DNA of 64,000 bases from an uncultured delta proteobacterium (GTDB taxonomy: Bacteria > Desulfobacterota > Binatia > UBA9968). The stretch covers positions 128,001 through 192,000 of the forward strand of contig CAWFJP010000005.1 of assembly GCA_963816145.1 (NCBI GenBank), given 5' to 3'. Shown here piece after piece: positions 19,994-30,458 of the stretch (position 1 is the stretch's first letter; every line of letters starts with the position of its first letter). The position numbers and the translations under genes were made by a program. The notes under the pieces were generated by a model, which worked only from the letters and a program-made list of their open reading frames with translations, had not been told where the DNA came from and searched no databases.

Positions 19994-20959
19994 ATGATGC
20001 AAACGCTAATTTCTTTTGTCTTTGTCATTGCGCTAGGTCTGCTAGGCGGTGCCGATCTCCCGGCGCAGCAGCGCATCGCTGTCAGTTATCCCGGCATTGC
20101 CGGTTACAACATTCCTTTTTGGGTGGCGCTCGACGGCGGTCAGTTCAAGAAGGCGGGGCTGGATGTCGATGCGGTTTTGATCTCGGGCGGGTCGAAAAGC
20201 ATGCAGGCGTTGTTATCCGGCGGTCTCGACTTCGCGCATGTCAGCGGCGGCGTGTCGGTGCAGGCTAATCTCAACGGCGCCGACGTGACGATCATCGGCA
20301 CCGGATCGAATTCGATGTCCGCCGGTGTGATCGCCGCCAAGGAGATCAAATCGTATCAAGACTTGAAGGGCAAGAAAGTCGGCATCGCCAGCTTCGGCGG
20401 CAACAACGATATCGGCTTTCGCTTTGCCTTCAAGAAAAATGGCATCAATCCCGACAAGGACGTGACCTTCCTGCAATTGGGCGGCGAGCGCAACCGATTG
20501 ACGGCGTTGGAGCGCGGCGCGATATCGGCGACGATTATGTCGCCGCCGGGGCTGTTTGTCGCTGAGGCCCAGGGTTACACGCGTCTGGGTGATCTGAGCG
20601 CTATGGGGATGCGCTATCCCGAGTTGTCGATTATCACGCGCAAGCGCGACTTGAAGGAACGGCGCGATCTGGTGCGCCGTTATCTGCGCGCCTTCGTCGA
20701 AGCGGTGCGGGTGATGAAGACCGATCGCGAGGCGACGCTGCGGGTGATCGAAAAATACATTCACGTCGGCTCGAAGACGGAGGCAGTGAAGACTTACGAT
20801 TACTTCGTCAAGAGCACCTCGGATACGCTGCGCACCGAACGCGATGGGATTGCCGAGTTTCTCGCGACTCTGGAGGCAACCAAGCCGGGTGTGGCGAAAC
20901 GCAATCCCAACGAGTTTATCGACGAGTCGGTATTGGAAGAGGTGTTGAAGGGGCGGTGA
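19994..20959 (+). CDS. NMT1/SsuA-like ABC transporter substrate-binding protein
   Basis: Signal peptide; DLKGKKVGIASFGG; INPDKDVTFL. Confidence 0.88.
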   Translation: MMQTLISFVFVIALGLLGGADLPAQQRIAVSYPGIAGYNIPFWVALDGGQFKKAGLDVDAVLISGGSKSMQALLSGGLDFAHVSGGVSVQANLNGADVTIIGTGSNSMSAGVIAAKEIKSYQDLKGKKVGIASFGGNNDIGFRFAFKKNGINPDKDVTFLQLGGERNRLTALERGAISATIMSPPGLFVAEAQGYTRLGDLSAMGMRYPELSIITRKRDLKERRDLVRRYLRAFVEAVRVMKTDREATLRVIEKYIHVGSKTEAVKTYDYFVKSTSDTLRTERDGIAEFLATLEATKPGVAKRNPNEFIDESVLEEVLKGR

Positions 20960-20988
20960 AGTTTTCGCTGGTCCCCGACTTAATTGGT

Positions 20989-21080
20989 TCCTTCCCCCGT
21001 TGGACGGGGGAAGGTTAGGATGGGGGACGCTCCCGTATTCAGACCCCCTCTCATGCTCTCCCCCGAAGCGGGGGCGAGAA
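20989..21080. repeat. REP-like hairpin doublet (CCTTCCCCC..GGGGGAAGG / CTCTCCCC..GGGGCGAGA)
   Basis: Palindromes of the same family as the MITE target sites at 26259 and 30313, here unoccupied. Confidence 0.7.
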
Positions 21081-21135
21081 TTGGATCAAGAGAGATCACC
21101 GCCACCACTATTTGGTTAGCCAACGGAGAATTGTA

Positions 21136-21921
21136 ATGTCCACCACCAGTGAAACCTATGACATGCTGCTCAGCCTTGTGAAAACTCGCCACAGCGTGCG
21201 TAAGTTCAAGGCCGATCCGATTCCGGACGATACCATCGATAAGATTCTCGAAGTGGCACGCTGGGCGATGTCCGGGGCGAACTCGCAGCCTTGGGAATTT
21301 ATCGTCGTCACCGATCCAAAGACCAAGAAGGAGTTGCGCGATGCCTATTCGGAGTACAACACCGATTTTATCTTCTGGATGGAGCAGCAGCGCGAGTACA
21401 ATCTGCGCCATCCGTCGTATCAAGTGAAAAACGATCCCCACGAGTCGTTGCGCTTCAACAAGGCCAAGGCCAACTGGCATCAAGCGCCGGCGGTGATCGT
21501 GGTGTTGGGCGATGGCCGGCGCCAGTGGGGCACGGTGATGGGGGCGCATACCTTCGGCCGCGATCAATCGCACTTGACCGACGGTCTGGCCAACGCCAGC
21601 TTTCTGCTTCACCTCGCCATTGCCTCGCTCGGACTGACTTCGGAGTGGGTGTCGATCCATATCGAAGAGCCGCATAAACGAATTCTCAATGTGCCGGATC
21701 TGTTGAAACTTTACTTGATCATTCCCATCGGTTACCCCGATGTCTCGAGCCGCGGCGAGGGTGTGCGCCGGCCGCTGCAAGACATGGTGCACCGCGAGCG
21801 CTACGACATGAGCAAGTACATGGCCAATGAAGATGTCATCAAGTATCTCTACTCGCTGCGCGAAGCGACGGTGCCGGTCCATTCGGCATCGCGCGCGGTG
21901 GTGGCGGACGAGAAGAAGTAG
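21136..21921 (+). CDS. Nitroreductase family protein
   Basis: RHSVRKF, WAMSGANSQPWEF, LGLTSEW, IPIGYP. Confidence 0.9.
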   Translation: MSTTSETYDMLLSLVKTRHSVRKFKADPIPDDTIDKILEVARWAMSGANSQPWEFIVVTDPKTKKELRDAYSEYNTDFIFWMEQQREYNLRHPSYQVKNDPHESLRFNKAKANWHQAPAVIVVLGDGRRQWGTVMGAHTFGRDQSHLTDGLANASFLLHLAIASLGLTSEWVSIHIEEPHKRILNVPDLLKLYLIIPIGYPDVSSRGEGVRRPLQDMVHRERYDMSKYMANEDVIKYLYSLREATVPVHSASRAVVADEKK

Positions 21922-21951
21922 ACCGATCGCGAATCGCCTTGAAGAGGTATT

Positions 21952-22031
21952 TACCACGAAGGACACGAAGATCACGAAGCGAGGAATGTCTAATGTCCGA
22001 AAACTTCGTGTCCTTCGTGATCTTCGTAGTG
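21952..22031. repeat. Inverted clusters of 9-bp period CACGAAG/CTTCGTG repeats
   Basis: accacgaag gacacgaag atcacgaag ... cttcgtgtc cttcgtgat cttcgtagt. Confidence 0.85.
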
Positions 22032-22071
22032 AGAGTGAATTGTCGAAATCAAGCGTAGTTGCGCAATCAAG

Positions 22072-23727
22072 ATGACCCAGCCATCCGTCAATCCCATCAC
22101 CGTCGAGGTCGTGCGCAATGGCCTGGCGCATATCGCCAACGAAATGGCGACGGTGCTGCGCAAGACTTCCTACAACATGATGATCTACGAGGTGCGCGAC
22201 TACTGCGTCGGCATCGTCGATCCGGACGGCAACATATTGTCTCAGAACTTCGGCGCGCTGCCGATCTTTCTCGCCGATCTGGGGCCTGCCATCGTCGACG
22301 GCGTGCGCATGCATGGGCGCAACGGCTTTCTTCCGGGCGACGTGCTGATCATGAATCATCCCTATGTCTGCGGCCAGCATTTGAACAATGTCGTGGTTTA
22401 CACGCCGTTTTTTCATGAAGGTGAGCTGGTGGCGTTTCTCGCCGTGCGCGCGCACTGGATCGATATCGGCGGCCGGCCGATGGGTTTCGGTTTCAGCGGC
22501 ACGCGGGAAGTCTACGAAGAAGGCTTGCAGTTCCGCTCGCTCAAGCTTTACCGCGGCGAACAGCCCAATCAAGAAATATTTCAAATCATTACCGACAATG
22601 TGCGTTTCGCCGAATCTTCCCTCGGTGATTTGCGCGCGCAGATCGCCGCTTGCCGGGTCGGCGACCGCGGTCTCGGTGCGCTGGTGAAGCGGTATGGCTT
22701 GGACGCGTTCTTGACTTGCGTGCGAACCATCTGGCAGCAGTCCGAGGCTTTGGCACGCGAGCAGGTGGCGCGCATCAAGCCGGGTTCGTACGCAGCCGAA
22801 GCGCTATTCGATAGCGACGGCGTCAACCTCGACATACCGGTGCCGCTCAAAGTCAAAGTGGATGTTGCCGGCAGCGACATGACCATCGACTTCTCCGAGA
22901 TCAGCGAACAGGTGGCGGGCTCGATCAACTCCGGCGAGTCGGGTGCGGTAGCGGCGGCGCGGGTGGCATTCAAATCTCTAGTCGCACCCTACTCGCCCAT
23001 CGACGAGGGCTGCTTTCGAGCGCTGAAAGTTGTTATTCCGGAGGGCAAAATCTTGAGCGCCACGCCGCCAGCGCCGGTCGGCAACTGGAGCCGGACCTTG
23101 CCGACCGTGATTGATTTGATTTTTCGCGCACTGGCGCCGGCGATGCCCGAGCGTATTGCAGCGGGGCATAAGGGCGATATGGGCGGTTACGCTTTCTTCG
23201 GCGTCAACCCCAAGACCGGCCGACGTTTTCTCTGCCAGACGATCATGGGCGGTGGCTGGGGCGGACGGCCCCATGAAGACGGCGAAAATGCCACGGTGTC
23301 GATGTGCCAAGGCGACGTGCAAAATGCCCCGGTGGAGTTGCAGGAGATTTATTATCCTGTGCTCATCGAGCGCCAACAACTGCGCGAGGGTAGCGGCGGC
23401 GCCGGCAAATTTCGCGGCGGCCTCGGCCTCGAAGTCACGGTGCGCGTGCTGTGCGATGCTTCCACTAATATTAACGTCGAGCGCCAGCGCACCGCGCCGT
23501 GGGGCTTGTTCGACGGCGAATGCGGCGCGAAGGCTCAGGCGCTGGTCAGACAATCGCCCGACGATCCCGGTGCCTGGCTGACCAAGAAGCCCAACTATCC
23601 GTTGAAGCCGGGAGGCAGCGTAACTTTCTTTACCGCCGGCGGGGGCGGTTATGGTACTGCCAGCGAGCGCGGTGATGAATTGGTTGAGCGGGATCGGCGC
23701 TTGGGTTATGTAATAAATCCCCCTTAA
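22072..23727 (+). CDS. Hydantoinase B/oxoprolinase family protein
   Basis: NPITVEV, PGDV...HL, AHWIDIGG, EEG, GDLRAQ, GGAGKFRGG, TAGGGGYG. Confidence 0.93.
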   Translation: MTQPSVNPITVEVVRNGLAHIANEMATVLRKTSYNMMIYEVRDYCVGIVDPDGNILSQNFGALPIFLADLGPAIVDGVRMHGRNGFLPGDVLIMNHPYVCGQHLNNVVVYTPFFHEGELVAFLAVRAHWIDIGGRPMGFGFSGTREVYEEGLQFRSLKLYRGEQPNQEIFQIITDNVRFAESSLGDLRAQIAACRVGDRGLGALVKRYGLDAFLTCVRTIWQQSEALAREQVARIKPGSYAAEALFDSDGVNLDIPVPLKVKVDVAGSDMTIDFSEISEQVAGSINSGESGAVAAARVAFKSLVAPYSPIDEGCFRALKVVIPEGKILSATPPAPVGNWSRTLPTVIDLIFRALAPAMPERIAAGHKGDMGGYAFFGVNPKTGRRFLCQTIMGGGWGGRPHEDGENATVSMCQGDVQNAPVELQEIYYPVLIERQQLREGSGGAGKFRGGLGLEVTVRVLCDASTNINVERQRTAPWGLFDGECGAKAQALVRQSPDDPGAWLTKKPNYPLKPGGSVTFFTAGGGGYGTASERGDELVERDRRLGYVINPP

Positions 23728-23804
23728 TCCACCTTTTTCAAAGGGGGAAATTTGTCCTATGGATCTGTGTTCCCCTCTTTGAAAAAGAGCGGCTAGGGGA
23801 GATT
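23718..23804. repeat. REP-like doublet (ATCCCCCT..CCTTTTTCAAAGGGGG / CCCTCTTTGAAAAAG.G..AGGGGAGAT)
   Basis: Two inverted copies of a short palindrome overlapping the hyuB stop. Confidence 0.65.
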
Positions 23805-23829
23805 TTCCGAACAGGTTGCGGAGGGATGT

Positions 23830-24936
23830 ATGGACGAACAGCAAGTATTCCAAAACCGCTTGACACAAGTGCGCCAGGCGATGCGCGAGCAGGGCCTGGA
23901 AACTCTACTCGTGCATGATGGCGGCCGGCATAATTTTTTGCGCATGAACTATGTCGCCTATCTCACCGACTTCATCAGCGTCGGTCCGGACACGATGCTG
24001 GTGATCCCGCTGGACGATGCGCCGATGCTTTATCTCGCGCCGGCTTGGGATATCGCCCGCGCTCAAGAAGAGTCCCAGGTGAAAGACGTGCGGCCATTCC
24101 AAGAGTTCTGGCCATGGCTCAATAATGCCGGCAAGGTTGGGCTCATCGGCCGTGAGGCGATGCATGTCGGACTGTATGACGAAATCGTCAAGACGGTGGG
24201 TCAAACGCCGGTCAACGCCAAGGACATCATCGAGACCATGGCGCGCTGCAAAGGGCCGTTTGAGCTGGAGCGCATGCGGCGTGCCGCGGCGATCGCCGAT
24301 GCCGGTGTTAGCGCATTGCATCAAGATGCCCGGCCCGGCCTGAAAGAATACGAGCTCGCTGCGATCGTCGAATATGAAATGCGATCCCGCGGCGCCGAAG
24401 ATAATTTCGGCATGGTGGTCGCCAACAATCATAATCAAGCGCTGCATCCGCCCACCGATCGTGTGGTCCAGCCGGGGGACATCATCATCGGCGAAATCAC
24501 ACCCTGCATCGGCGGTCTGTTCGTGCAGATCTGCCGCACCGTCGTGTTGGGCGAGCCGGCGCCGGTGGTGCGCGAGAAGTATGCGATCCTGCACAAAGCG
24601 ATGGGCCTTGGCATGGCGGCCGCGCAGACCGGCGCGCCGGCGAGCGCGGTGGCCAAGGCGATCAACGGGACGTTCATTGAATATGGCTACGAGCAGTACT
24701 GCCGGCCGCCGTTCATGCGCGTGCGCGGCCATGGTCTCGGCTGCGGCTCGTCGGCGCCGGGCAGTTTGGAAGACGACAACAAAACTAAATTGGCAGAGGG
24801 GATGACCTTCATCATTCATCCCAATCAATATATACCTGAGACCGGTTACCTGACGCTCGGCGATACCGTGGTGATGGGCAAGACCCGGGCGGAGTCGCTG
24901 ATGAAATCGTCATGGGATCTCTACATTAAAGATTGA
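23830..24936 (+). CDS. M24 / creatinase-prolidase fold protein with non-canonical metal ligands
   Basis: Creatinase N-domain (RL..VRQ.M...GL..LL), K...ELERMR.AA, RPG..E.E, GHGLG. Confidence 0.85.
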   Translation: MDEQQVFQNRLTQVRQAMREQGLETLLVHDGGRHNFLRMNYVAYLTDFISVGPDTMLVIPLDDAPMLYLAPAWDIARAQEESQVKDVRPFQEFWPWLNNAGKVGLIGREAMHVGLYDEIVKTVGQTPVNAKDIIETMARCKGPFELERMRRAAAIADAGVSALHQDARPGLKEYELAAIVEYEMRSRGAEDNFGMVVANNHNQALHPPTDRVVQPGDIIIGEITPCIGGLFVQICRTVVLGEPAPVVREKYAILHKAMGLGMAAAQTGAPASAVAKAINGTFIEYGYEQYCRPPFMRVRGHGLGCGSSAPGSLEDDNKTKLAEGMTFIIHPNQYIPETGYLTLGDTVVMGKTRAESLMKSSWDLYIKD

Positions 24937-24951
24937 GGGTTAATGAAATGT

Positions 24952-25037
24952 AACCGCTGGAACGATTGGAACGGCTGGAACCATTGGAACCTTAGGCGCG
25001 ATTGTTCCAACCGTTCCAATCCTTCCAATAGTTCCAG
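24952..25037. repeat. Inverted clusters of 9-bp period TGGAAC/GTTCCA repeats
   Basis: 4 TGGAAC units then 4 TTCCA units. Confidence 0.85.
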
Positions 25038-25064
25038 GTGGTTTAAGATTGTTTAGGTGATCAT

Positions 25065-26225
25065 ATGATTTTCGGAAGACATTCCGTATTAAAAAGGGGT
25101 TGTTCGACTTGGGATCCGGCGCAGGTGCCGCAGGCGGAGTTTCAAGCGCGCCTCGATGCCGTGCGCCGGGAGATGGCGCGGCGCGATCTCGACGCGCTGG
25201 TGATCTACGGCGATAATTATTCCTTCGCCGATATTTGTTATCTGACGAATTACTTTCCCAAAGTGCGCGGCGGCATTACGATTGTGCCGCGCGACGGCGC
25301 GATTTCCATGCTGCTCAATATCGGCAGCCGCGACGTGCCGTTCGCCAAGACGCTCACCTGGGTCGAAGACGTGCGCGCGTCGAACCAGGTAGGCGGCGAC
25401 GGCGCCAAGATGATCCAGGAGAAAGGCTTCGAGAAAGCCAAGATCGGTTTGGCCGACTCCGGCCATGGGTTTCCGCTGCCGCAGCTCGAAGATATGAAAA
25501 ACGCGCTGCCCAGCGCGAGTTGGCAGAATTGCGATGACATCGTCGCGCCGCTGCGTGTGACGAAGACGGCGCGGGAACTCGGCGCCATGAGCGAAGCTGG
25601 GCGGCTGCTAAGCGAAGTTTGCGCCGGTGCGGCGGCTTTCATCAAGCCGGGGCGCAAGGAATATGAAATCGTCGCCGACATCGACCGATTGGCGCGCGAT
25701 AAGGGCGCCGAAGATATTCGCATCCTCGCCGGCGAGCGTCGGTTAAACCCGCCGAGCTTTAAACAAACAGCCAGCATCGGCGCCCATTGGGCGCTTTATC
25801 TCGCCGTGCAGCATGAGCGCTACTGGGCCGAGGCGGGGCGGACATTTATTCTCAACAGCGATGGCAAGATTCAGTCGGCCTATGACCGAGCGCAAGCGAT
25901 CGTTGGCGCGATGGCGAAACAGCTAAGGCCCAATGGAAACGTTGCCGCCATCGATGAAACGGCGCGCAAGGAGCTTGGCGAGTTTTACGCACAGGCTTCG
26001 GTTTATGGCCTCGCCAACGGCATCGGCCTGAATCAATGGGAAGCGCCGTTCTTGAACCAGAGCGACGCACAAGAAGTGGGAGCAGCGACGGTGGGGGCGA
26101 CGACGTTGAATGAAAATATGACGCTGGCGCTGCGCGTGACTATCGAGAGTGAAGGGAAGATCGTGCTGTACGGCGATAGTTTTCAGGTGACGGCGAGCGG
26201 CGCGAAGTCGCTGGTGGGGGATTAA
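25065..26225 (+). CDS. M24 / creatinase fold protein, active site degenerate
   Basis: EFQARL..VR.EM....LDAL.IYG, YLTN, KPGRKEYE, GRTF; metal ligands replaced. Confidence 0.82.
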   Translation: MIFGRHSVLKRGCSTWDPAQVPQAEFQARLDAVRREMARRDLDALVIYGDNYSFADICYLTNYFPKVRGGITIVPRDGAISMLLNIGSRDVPFAKTLTWVEDVRASNQVGGDGAKMIQEKGFEKAKIGLADSGHGFPLPQLEDMKNALPSASWQNCDDIVAPLRVTKTARELGAMSEAGRLLSEVCAGAAAFIKPGRKEYEIVADIDRLARDKGAEDIRILAGERRLNPPSFKQTASIGAHWALYLAVQHERYWAEAGRTFILNSDGKIQSAYDRAQAIVGAMAKQLRPNGNVAAIDETARKELGEFYAQASVYGLANGIGLNQWEAPFLNQSDAQEVGAATVGATTLNENMTLALRVTIESEGKIVLYGDSFQVTASGAKSLVGD

Positions 26226-26271
26226 AGTTCACCTGATGGCCGAGTCTTCCCTCAGATTCCTTCCCCCTTGA

Positions 26272-26403
26272 GAGGCTGTGTCGTAATGATCAAATGCCCC
26301 ACATCTGTCATCCCGAGCGCAGCGAGGGATCTCGTGTTTTCAGCCACATACGAAGAAGAGATTTCTCGGCTTCACCTCGAAATGACAGTTGCGACACAGT
26401 CTG
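26272..26403. mobile_element. 132-bp MITE copy 1
   Basis: Imperfect TIRs GAGGCTGTGTCGTAA / TTGCGACACAGTCTG; flanked by TGA...TGA inside hairpin CCTTCCCCCT-TGA-CGGGGGAAGG. Confidence 0.88.
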
Positions 26404-26578
26404 TGACGGGGGAAGGCTAGGATGGGGGTGCTGCGCACGTTAGTGATATTCTCAAGCACCCCCACCTCTGTCCTCCCCCGTCGAGGGGGAGGATGTAATA
26501 TTTCGGAGGGCCGGTTGAGAAACGGTGTCATTGATAAACTGTTGCAGGTTATTTTTCAAGATTGATTCGAAAGGCTCC

Positions 26579-28615
26579 ATGAGAATTGCAGTTGATATCG
26601 GTGGGACGTTTACGGATTTGGTTGCTGTCGACGACGACGGCCAGGTGTTTCGGAGCAAGGCGCTGACTACACCGGATGATCTGGCGCGCGGCATCGACGA
26701 TTGTTTGAAAGGCGCCAAGGTCGAAGTCGCCGGGGCGAACTTCTTCGTCCACGGGTCGACCGTGACGATCAACGCTGTGCTCGAACACAAAGGCGCGCGC
26801 ACCGGCCTGTTGACGACCAAAGGTTTTCGCGATGTTTACGAGATCGGCAGAGGTAACCGTCCGGAGGGATATAATTTGTTTTTCAAGCGGCCGGTGCCGC
26901 TGGTGCCGCGGGACTTGCGCTTGGAAGTGGACGAGCGGCTCTATGCCACCGGCGAGGTGCTAACGCCGCTCGACGAACAATCAGCGGCGGCAGCGATCGG
27001 CGCGCTTAGCAACGCCGGTGTCGAAAGCGTCGCAGTCTGCTTGCTCCATTCCTACGCCAATGCGGCGCATGAGCAACGGCTTGGCGAGCTGTTGCGTCAA
27101 CAATTTCCCGAAGCTTACGTCTCGCTGTCGCACGAGATTCTGCGCGAGTTCCGCGAGTACGAGCGCACGTCGACGACGGTTTTGAATTCCTACGTCGGCC
27201 CACTGGTCAGCCGCTACTTGGTCTCATTGGAAAACATGCTCGGCGCCGCCGGCTTTCGCGGCATCTTTCGCGTCATGCAGTCCAACGGCGGCGTGATGTC
27301 GGCGGAGACCGCGAAAAAAATCCCGGTGACGATGATGGAGTCAGGGCCCGTGGCCGGCGTTATCGCGGCGGCGCGTCTTGGCGAGGCGCTCGGCTGCCAC
27401 CATATCATTTCCTTCGACATGGGCGGCACGACGGCGAAGTCGAGTTTGATCAAAGATTTTCATCCCGAGGTGACCAGCAGCTACTATGTCGGCGGCTATG
27501 TCACCGGTCATCCGATGATGCTGCCGGTGGTCGACATCGTCGAGGTCGGCAATGGCGGCGGCAGCATCGCTTGGATCGATCCCGCCGGCGGTTTGAAAGT
27601 CGGTCCGCAGAGCGCCGGCGCAGCGCCCGGGCCGGCTTGCTATGGCCAGGGCGGCGCAGAACCGACGGTTACGGATGCGAATTTGATCGCGGGTAGAATC
27701 GACCCGGAATATTTTCTCGGCAGCGGCATTCGCTTGCAGCGCGACCAAGCGGCGGCGACGATCATGGAAAAGGTCGGCAAGCCGTTAGGGTTGTCGTTGG
27801 AAGATGCCGCGCTGGGCATCCTCACCATCGCCAACTTCAACATGTCGCTGTCGGTGCGCGCCGTGTCGGTCGAAAAAGGCTACGACCCGCGCGATTGCGT
27901 CCTGGTGCCGAGCGGCGGCGGCGGTGCGCTCCATGCCATGGCGATCGCCCGGGAACTGTCGGTGCCGCGGGTGATCATCCCGCCGATGCCGGCGCATTTT
28001 TCCGCCCTCGGCATGCTGATGGCGGATCTCAAGCATGACTACGTGCAGACTTTCGTGCGCGAGTTAGCCGACACCAGCGGCGCGCAGATTGCCGATGCGT
28101 TCGCGGTGCTGGAAAAATCCGCCACCTACACGCTACGCGAAGAGGGTTGTAAGCCGGAGCAGATGGTGTTGCGGCGCTTTCTCGACATGCGCTATCGCGG
28201 TCAAGAGTACACTTTGCCGGTGCCGGTGACGGAAGATCTGCGCTCGCTCGCCGACTTCGATGCGATCCGCGCCCGCTTCGACCGAATGCATCAAGATCAT
28301 TATGGCCACTCGGCACCAAAAGAGCCGGTGATGATGGTCAATCTGCGTCTTTCCGCACTGGGCAAATTCGACAACAAGCTGCCCTTGACCACCGCCCCGC
28401 TCGCCGCAGACCGCGGCGAGCGGGGCCGGCGGCCGGTTATCTTCGACACTCGACCGGTGGATTGTCCGATCTATCTGCGCGGCGGATTCAAACCGGGTGA
28501 CCGGTTGAGCGGCCCGGCCGTCATTGAAGAATTGGGCGCGACGATTCTCGTCTATCCCGGCGACACCATGCAGGTGAATGAACTCGGGCAGCTGGTGATC
28601 GAGGTGGGGAGCTGA
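26579..28615 (+). CDS. Hydantoinase A/oxoprolinase family (ATP-binding subunit)
   Basis: DIGGTFTD, HGST..INA, EYERTSTT, MQSNGG, SGPVAG, DMGGTT, VGPQSAGA.PGPACYG, DMRYRGQ. Confidence 0.95.
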   Translation: MRIAVDIGGTFTDLVAVDDDGQVFRSKALTTPDDLARGIDDCLKGAKVEVAGANFFVHGSTVTINAVLEHKGARTGLLTTKGFRDVYEIGRGNRPEGYNLFFKRPVPLVPRDLRLEVDERLYATGEVLTPLDEQSAAAAIGALSNAGVESVAVCLLHSYANAAHEQRLGELLRQQFPEAYVSLSHEILREFREYERTSTTVLNSYVGPLVSRYLVSLENMLGAAGFRGIFRVMQSNGGVMSAETAKKIPVTMMESGPVAGVIAAARLGEALGCHHIISFDMGGTTAKSSLIKDFHPEVTSSYYVGGYVTGHPMMLPVVDIVEVGNGGGSIAWIDPAGGLKVGPQSAGAAPGPACYGQGGAEPTVTDANLIAGRIDPEYFLGSGIRLQRDQAAATIMEKVGKPLGLSLEDAALGILTIANFNMSLSVRAVSVEKGYDPRDCVLVPSGGGGALHAMAIARELSVPRVIIPPMPAHFSALGMLMADLKHDYVQTFVRELADTSGAQIADAFAVLEKSATYTLREEGCKPEQMVLRRFLDMRYRGQEYTLPVPVTEDLRSLADFDAIRARFDRMHQDHYGHSAPKEPVMMVNLRLSALGKFDNKLPLTTAPLAADRGERGRRPVIFDTRPVDCPIYLRGGFKPGDRLSGPAVIEELGATILVYPGDTMQVNELGQLVIEVGS

Positions 28616-28748
28616 GAGGAAGATTCGGAATCGGAAGAGTTGACCACAAAGAGCACAAAGGGCGCAAAAAGGAATCGGAATTCTAGGGGATGGTGTGAAA
28701 CCCGCTGTCTTGGTTTGCTAGTGGGCAAGCTTTTACCCTCTCCCTCTG

Positions 28749-28880
28749 GAGGCTGTGTCGTAATGCGCAAATGCCCCACATCTGTCATCCCGAGCGCAGC
28801 GAGGGATCTCGTGTTTTCAGCCACATACGAAGAAGAGATTTCTCGGCTTCACCTCGAAATGACAGTTGCGACACAGTCTG
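28749..28880. mobile_element. 132-bp MITE copy 2
   Basis: Near-identical to copy 1; flanked by CTG...CTG inside hairpin TCTCCCT-CTG-GGAGA. Confidence 0.88.
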
Positions 28881-28937
28881 CTGGGAGACGATATAAGATC
28901 GCTGCTGCGAACGAGTCTTGAAGTGTCGCTGACGACC

Positions 28938-30305
28938 ATGGCCGAAGAAACCCTTAGCGAACAACTGTCGCGCTATATTGCGACGCTCAGCATCGAACGA
29001 ATTCCCACCGAAGTCGTCGACGCGGCGAAACTGCACATTCTTGATTCGCTGGGTTGCGTGATTGCCGGTTCGCGCTTGGAGCCGGGACGGATGGCGTATA
29101 ACCTTGCTGTTGCCCTCAGTCCTGGCAATGCTCCCTCGATGCTGTTCGGCACGAACCTTACGCGCCTCGTATCTCGACGCAGTGCAGGCGATGGCGACGG
29201 CGGCGCATTGCGGCGAACTTGATGACATCCATGGCGGCGCGGCGACTTGCATTGGCGGCATGGTCGTTCCCGCGCTCTTAACTATGGCGGAGAAACATGG
29301 CGGCAGCGGTGGGCAATTTCTTGAAGCGGCGATCGCCGGCTACGAAACCACCGCGCGCGTCGGCTTGAGCATCGATGCGCCGAAACTGTTCGCTCGCGGT
29401 TGGTGGCCGAGCACGGTATGCGGCGCCTTCGGCGTGGCGGCGGCAGGAGCGAAGTTTTTAGGTTGGCCCGTCGAAAAGACTACCAACGCTCTCGGTATCG
29501 CCTCTCTGCATGCCGGCGGCATGCTCACCGGCGGCAACGAGGGCGCGACGGCGCGCCATCTGGCCTTTGGCCGGCAGCGCGGAACGGGATGCTCGCTCTG
29601 CTCGCGACGGAGCAAGGACTGAGCGGGCCGAAGCGCGCGCTGGAAGATCCGCGCGGTTTTTGTCTGACACTTTGCGCTGAGCCTAAATTTAAAATGTTCT
29701 GCAAAATTTTCGCCAAATTTCATCTGCTCGAGGTCGCTTTCAAACCTTATCCCTGCGCCCGTCAGCTGCATGCCGGCGTTGAAGCGTTGCTCCGGTTGAT
29801 TAACCAACATTCGATCAGCGGCTGATGCGATTCGCGCGATCGACCTGGCGGTGCCGACGCAAAACGCCAGCATGGTCGATCGCCCGGCGACGCCAACGCT
29901 GCGAGCAGCGACGTTGGGAAGCGGGCAATATGTGATGGCGGTGACAGCGCTTAGAGGCAGATTGATTTGGCTTCATTCGAAGACGAATACTTGCAGAGCG
30001 AGTCGATACGCCGGTTAATGGAGAAAGTTACGGTTCGTGCGAGCACGGAACTCGATCGGCACTTTCCGAAATTTTGGCCGGGACGCGTGACGGTGACACT
30101 GGCGGACGGTCAGGAGCATAGTGGCGAGATCATCGCGCCGAAGGGTGAAATTGAGAATCCGATGACGCGCCAAGACGTTGAAGAGAAGTTTCTCGGCTTG
30201 GTGGCGCCGGTGTTGGGTGATGAGAAGGCGCAAGCGGTGATCGGTGAAGTGCAGGCGCTGGATGCGCGAGATTCGTTGGCGCCGCTGCTTGGCGCGTTGA
30301 CTTAA
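28938..30305 (+). pseudogene. MmgE/PrpD family protein, about 4 frameshifts
   Basis: MAEETLSEQL..AKLHILDSLG; ELDDIH; GYE; RGWW; FKPYPCARQLHA; PKGE.ENPM are spread over different frames. Confidence 0.85.
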
Positions 30306-30326
30306 TTCTTTTTCCTTCCCCCTTCA

Positions 30327-30458
30327 GAGGCTGTGTCGTAATGCGCAAATGCCCCACATCTGTCATCCCGAGCGCAGCGAGGGATCTCGTGTTTTCAGCC
30401 ACATACGAAGAAAAGATTTCTCGGCTTCACCTCGAAATGACAGTTGCGACACAGTCTG
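30327..30458. mobile_element. 132-bp MITE copy 3
   Basis: Near-identical to copies 1 and 2; flanked by TCA...TGA inside CCTTCCCCCT..CGGGGGAAGG hairpin. Confidence 0.88.

Noticed and set aside
21136-21921. Calling the nitroreductases BluB
   Set aside because: They lack the RRDxR and APSVG signatures (have RHSVR/RSSVR and AMSGAN) and there are no cob genes nearby
20980-22584. 534-aa minus-strand ORF
   Set aside because: Antisense shadow of the nitroreductase and hyuB genes, running through repeats; typical of high-GC DNA
26272-30458. Three 132-bp repeats as an ncRNA family or CRISPR-like array
   Set aside because: TIRs plus target duplications are better explained by a MITE
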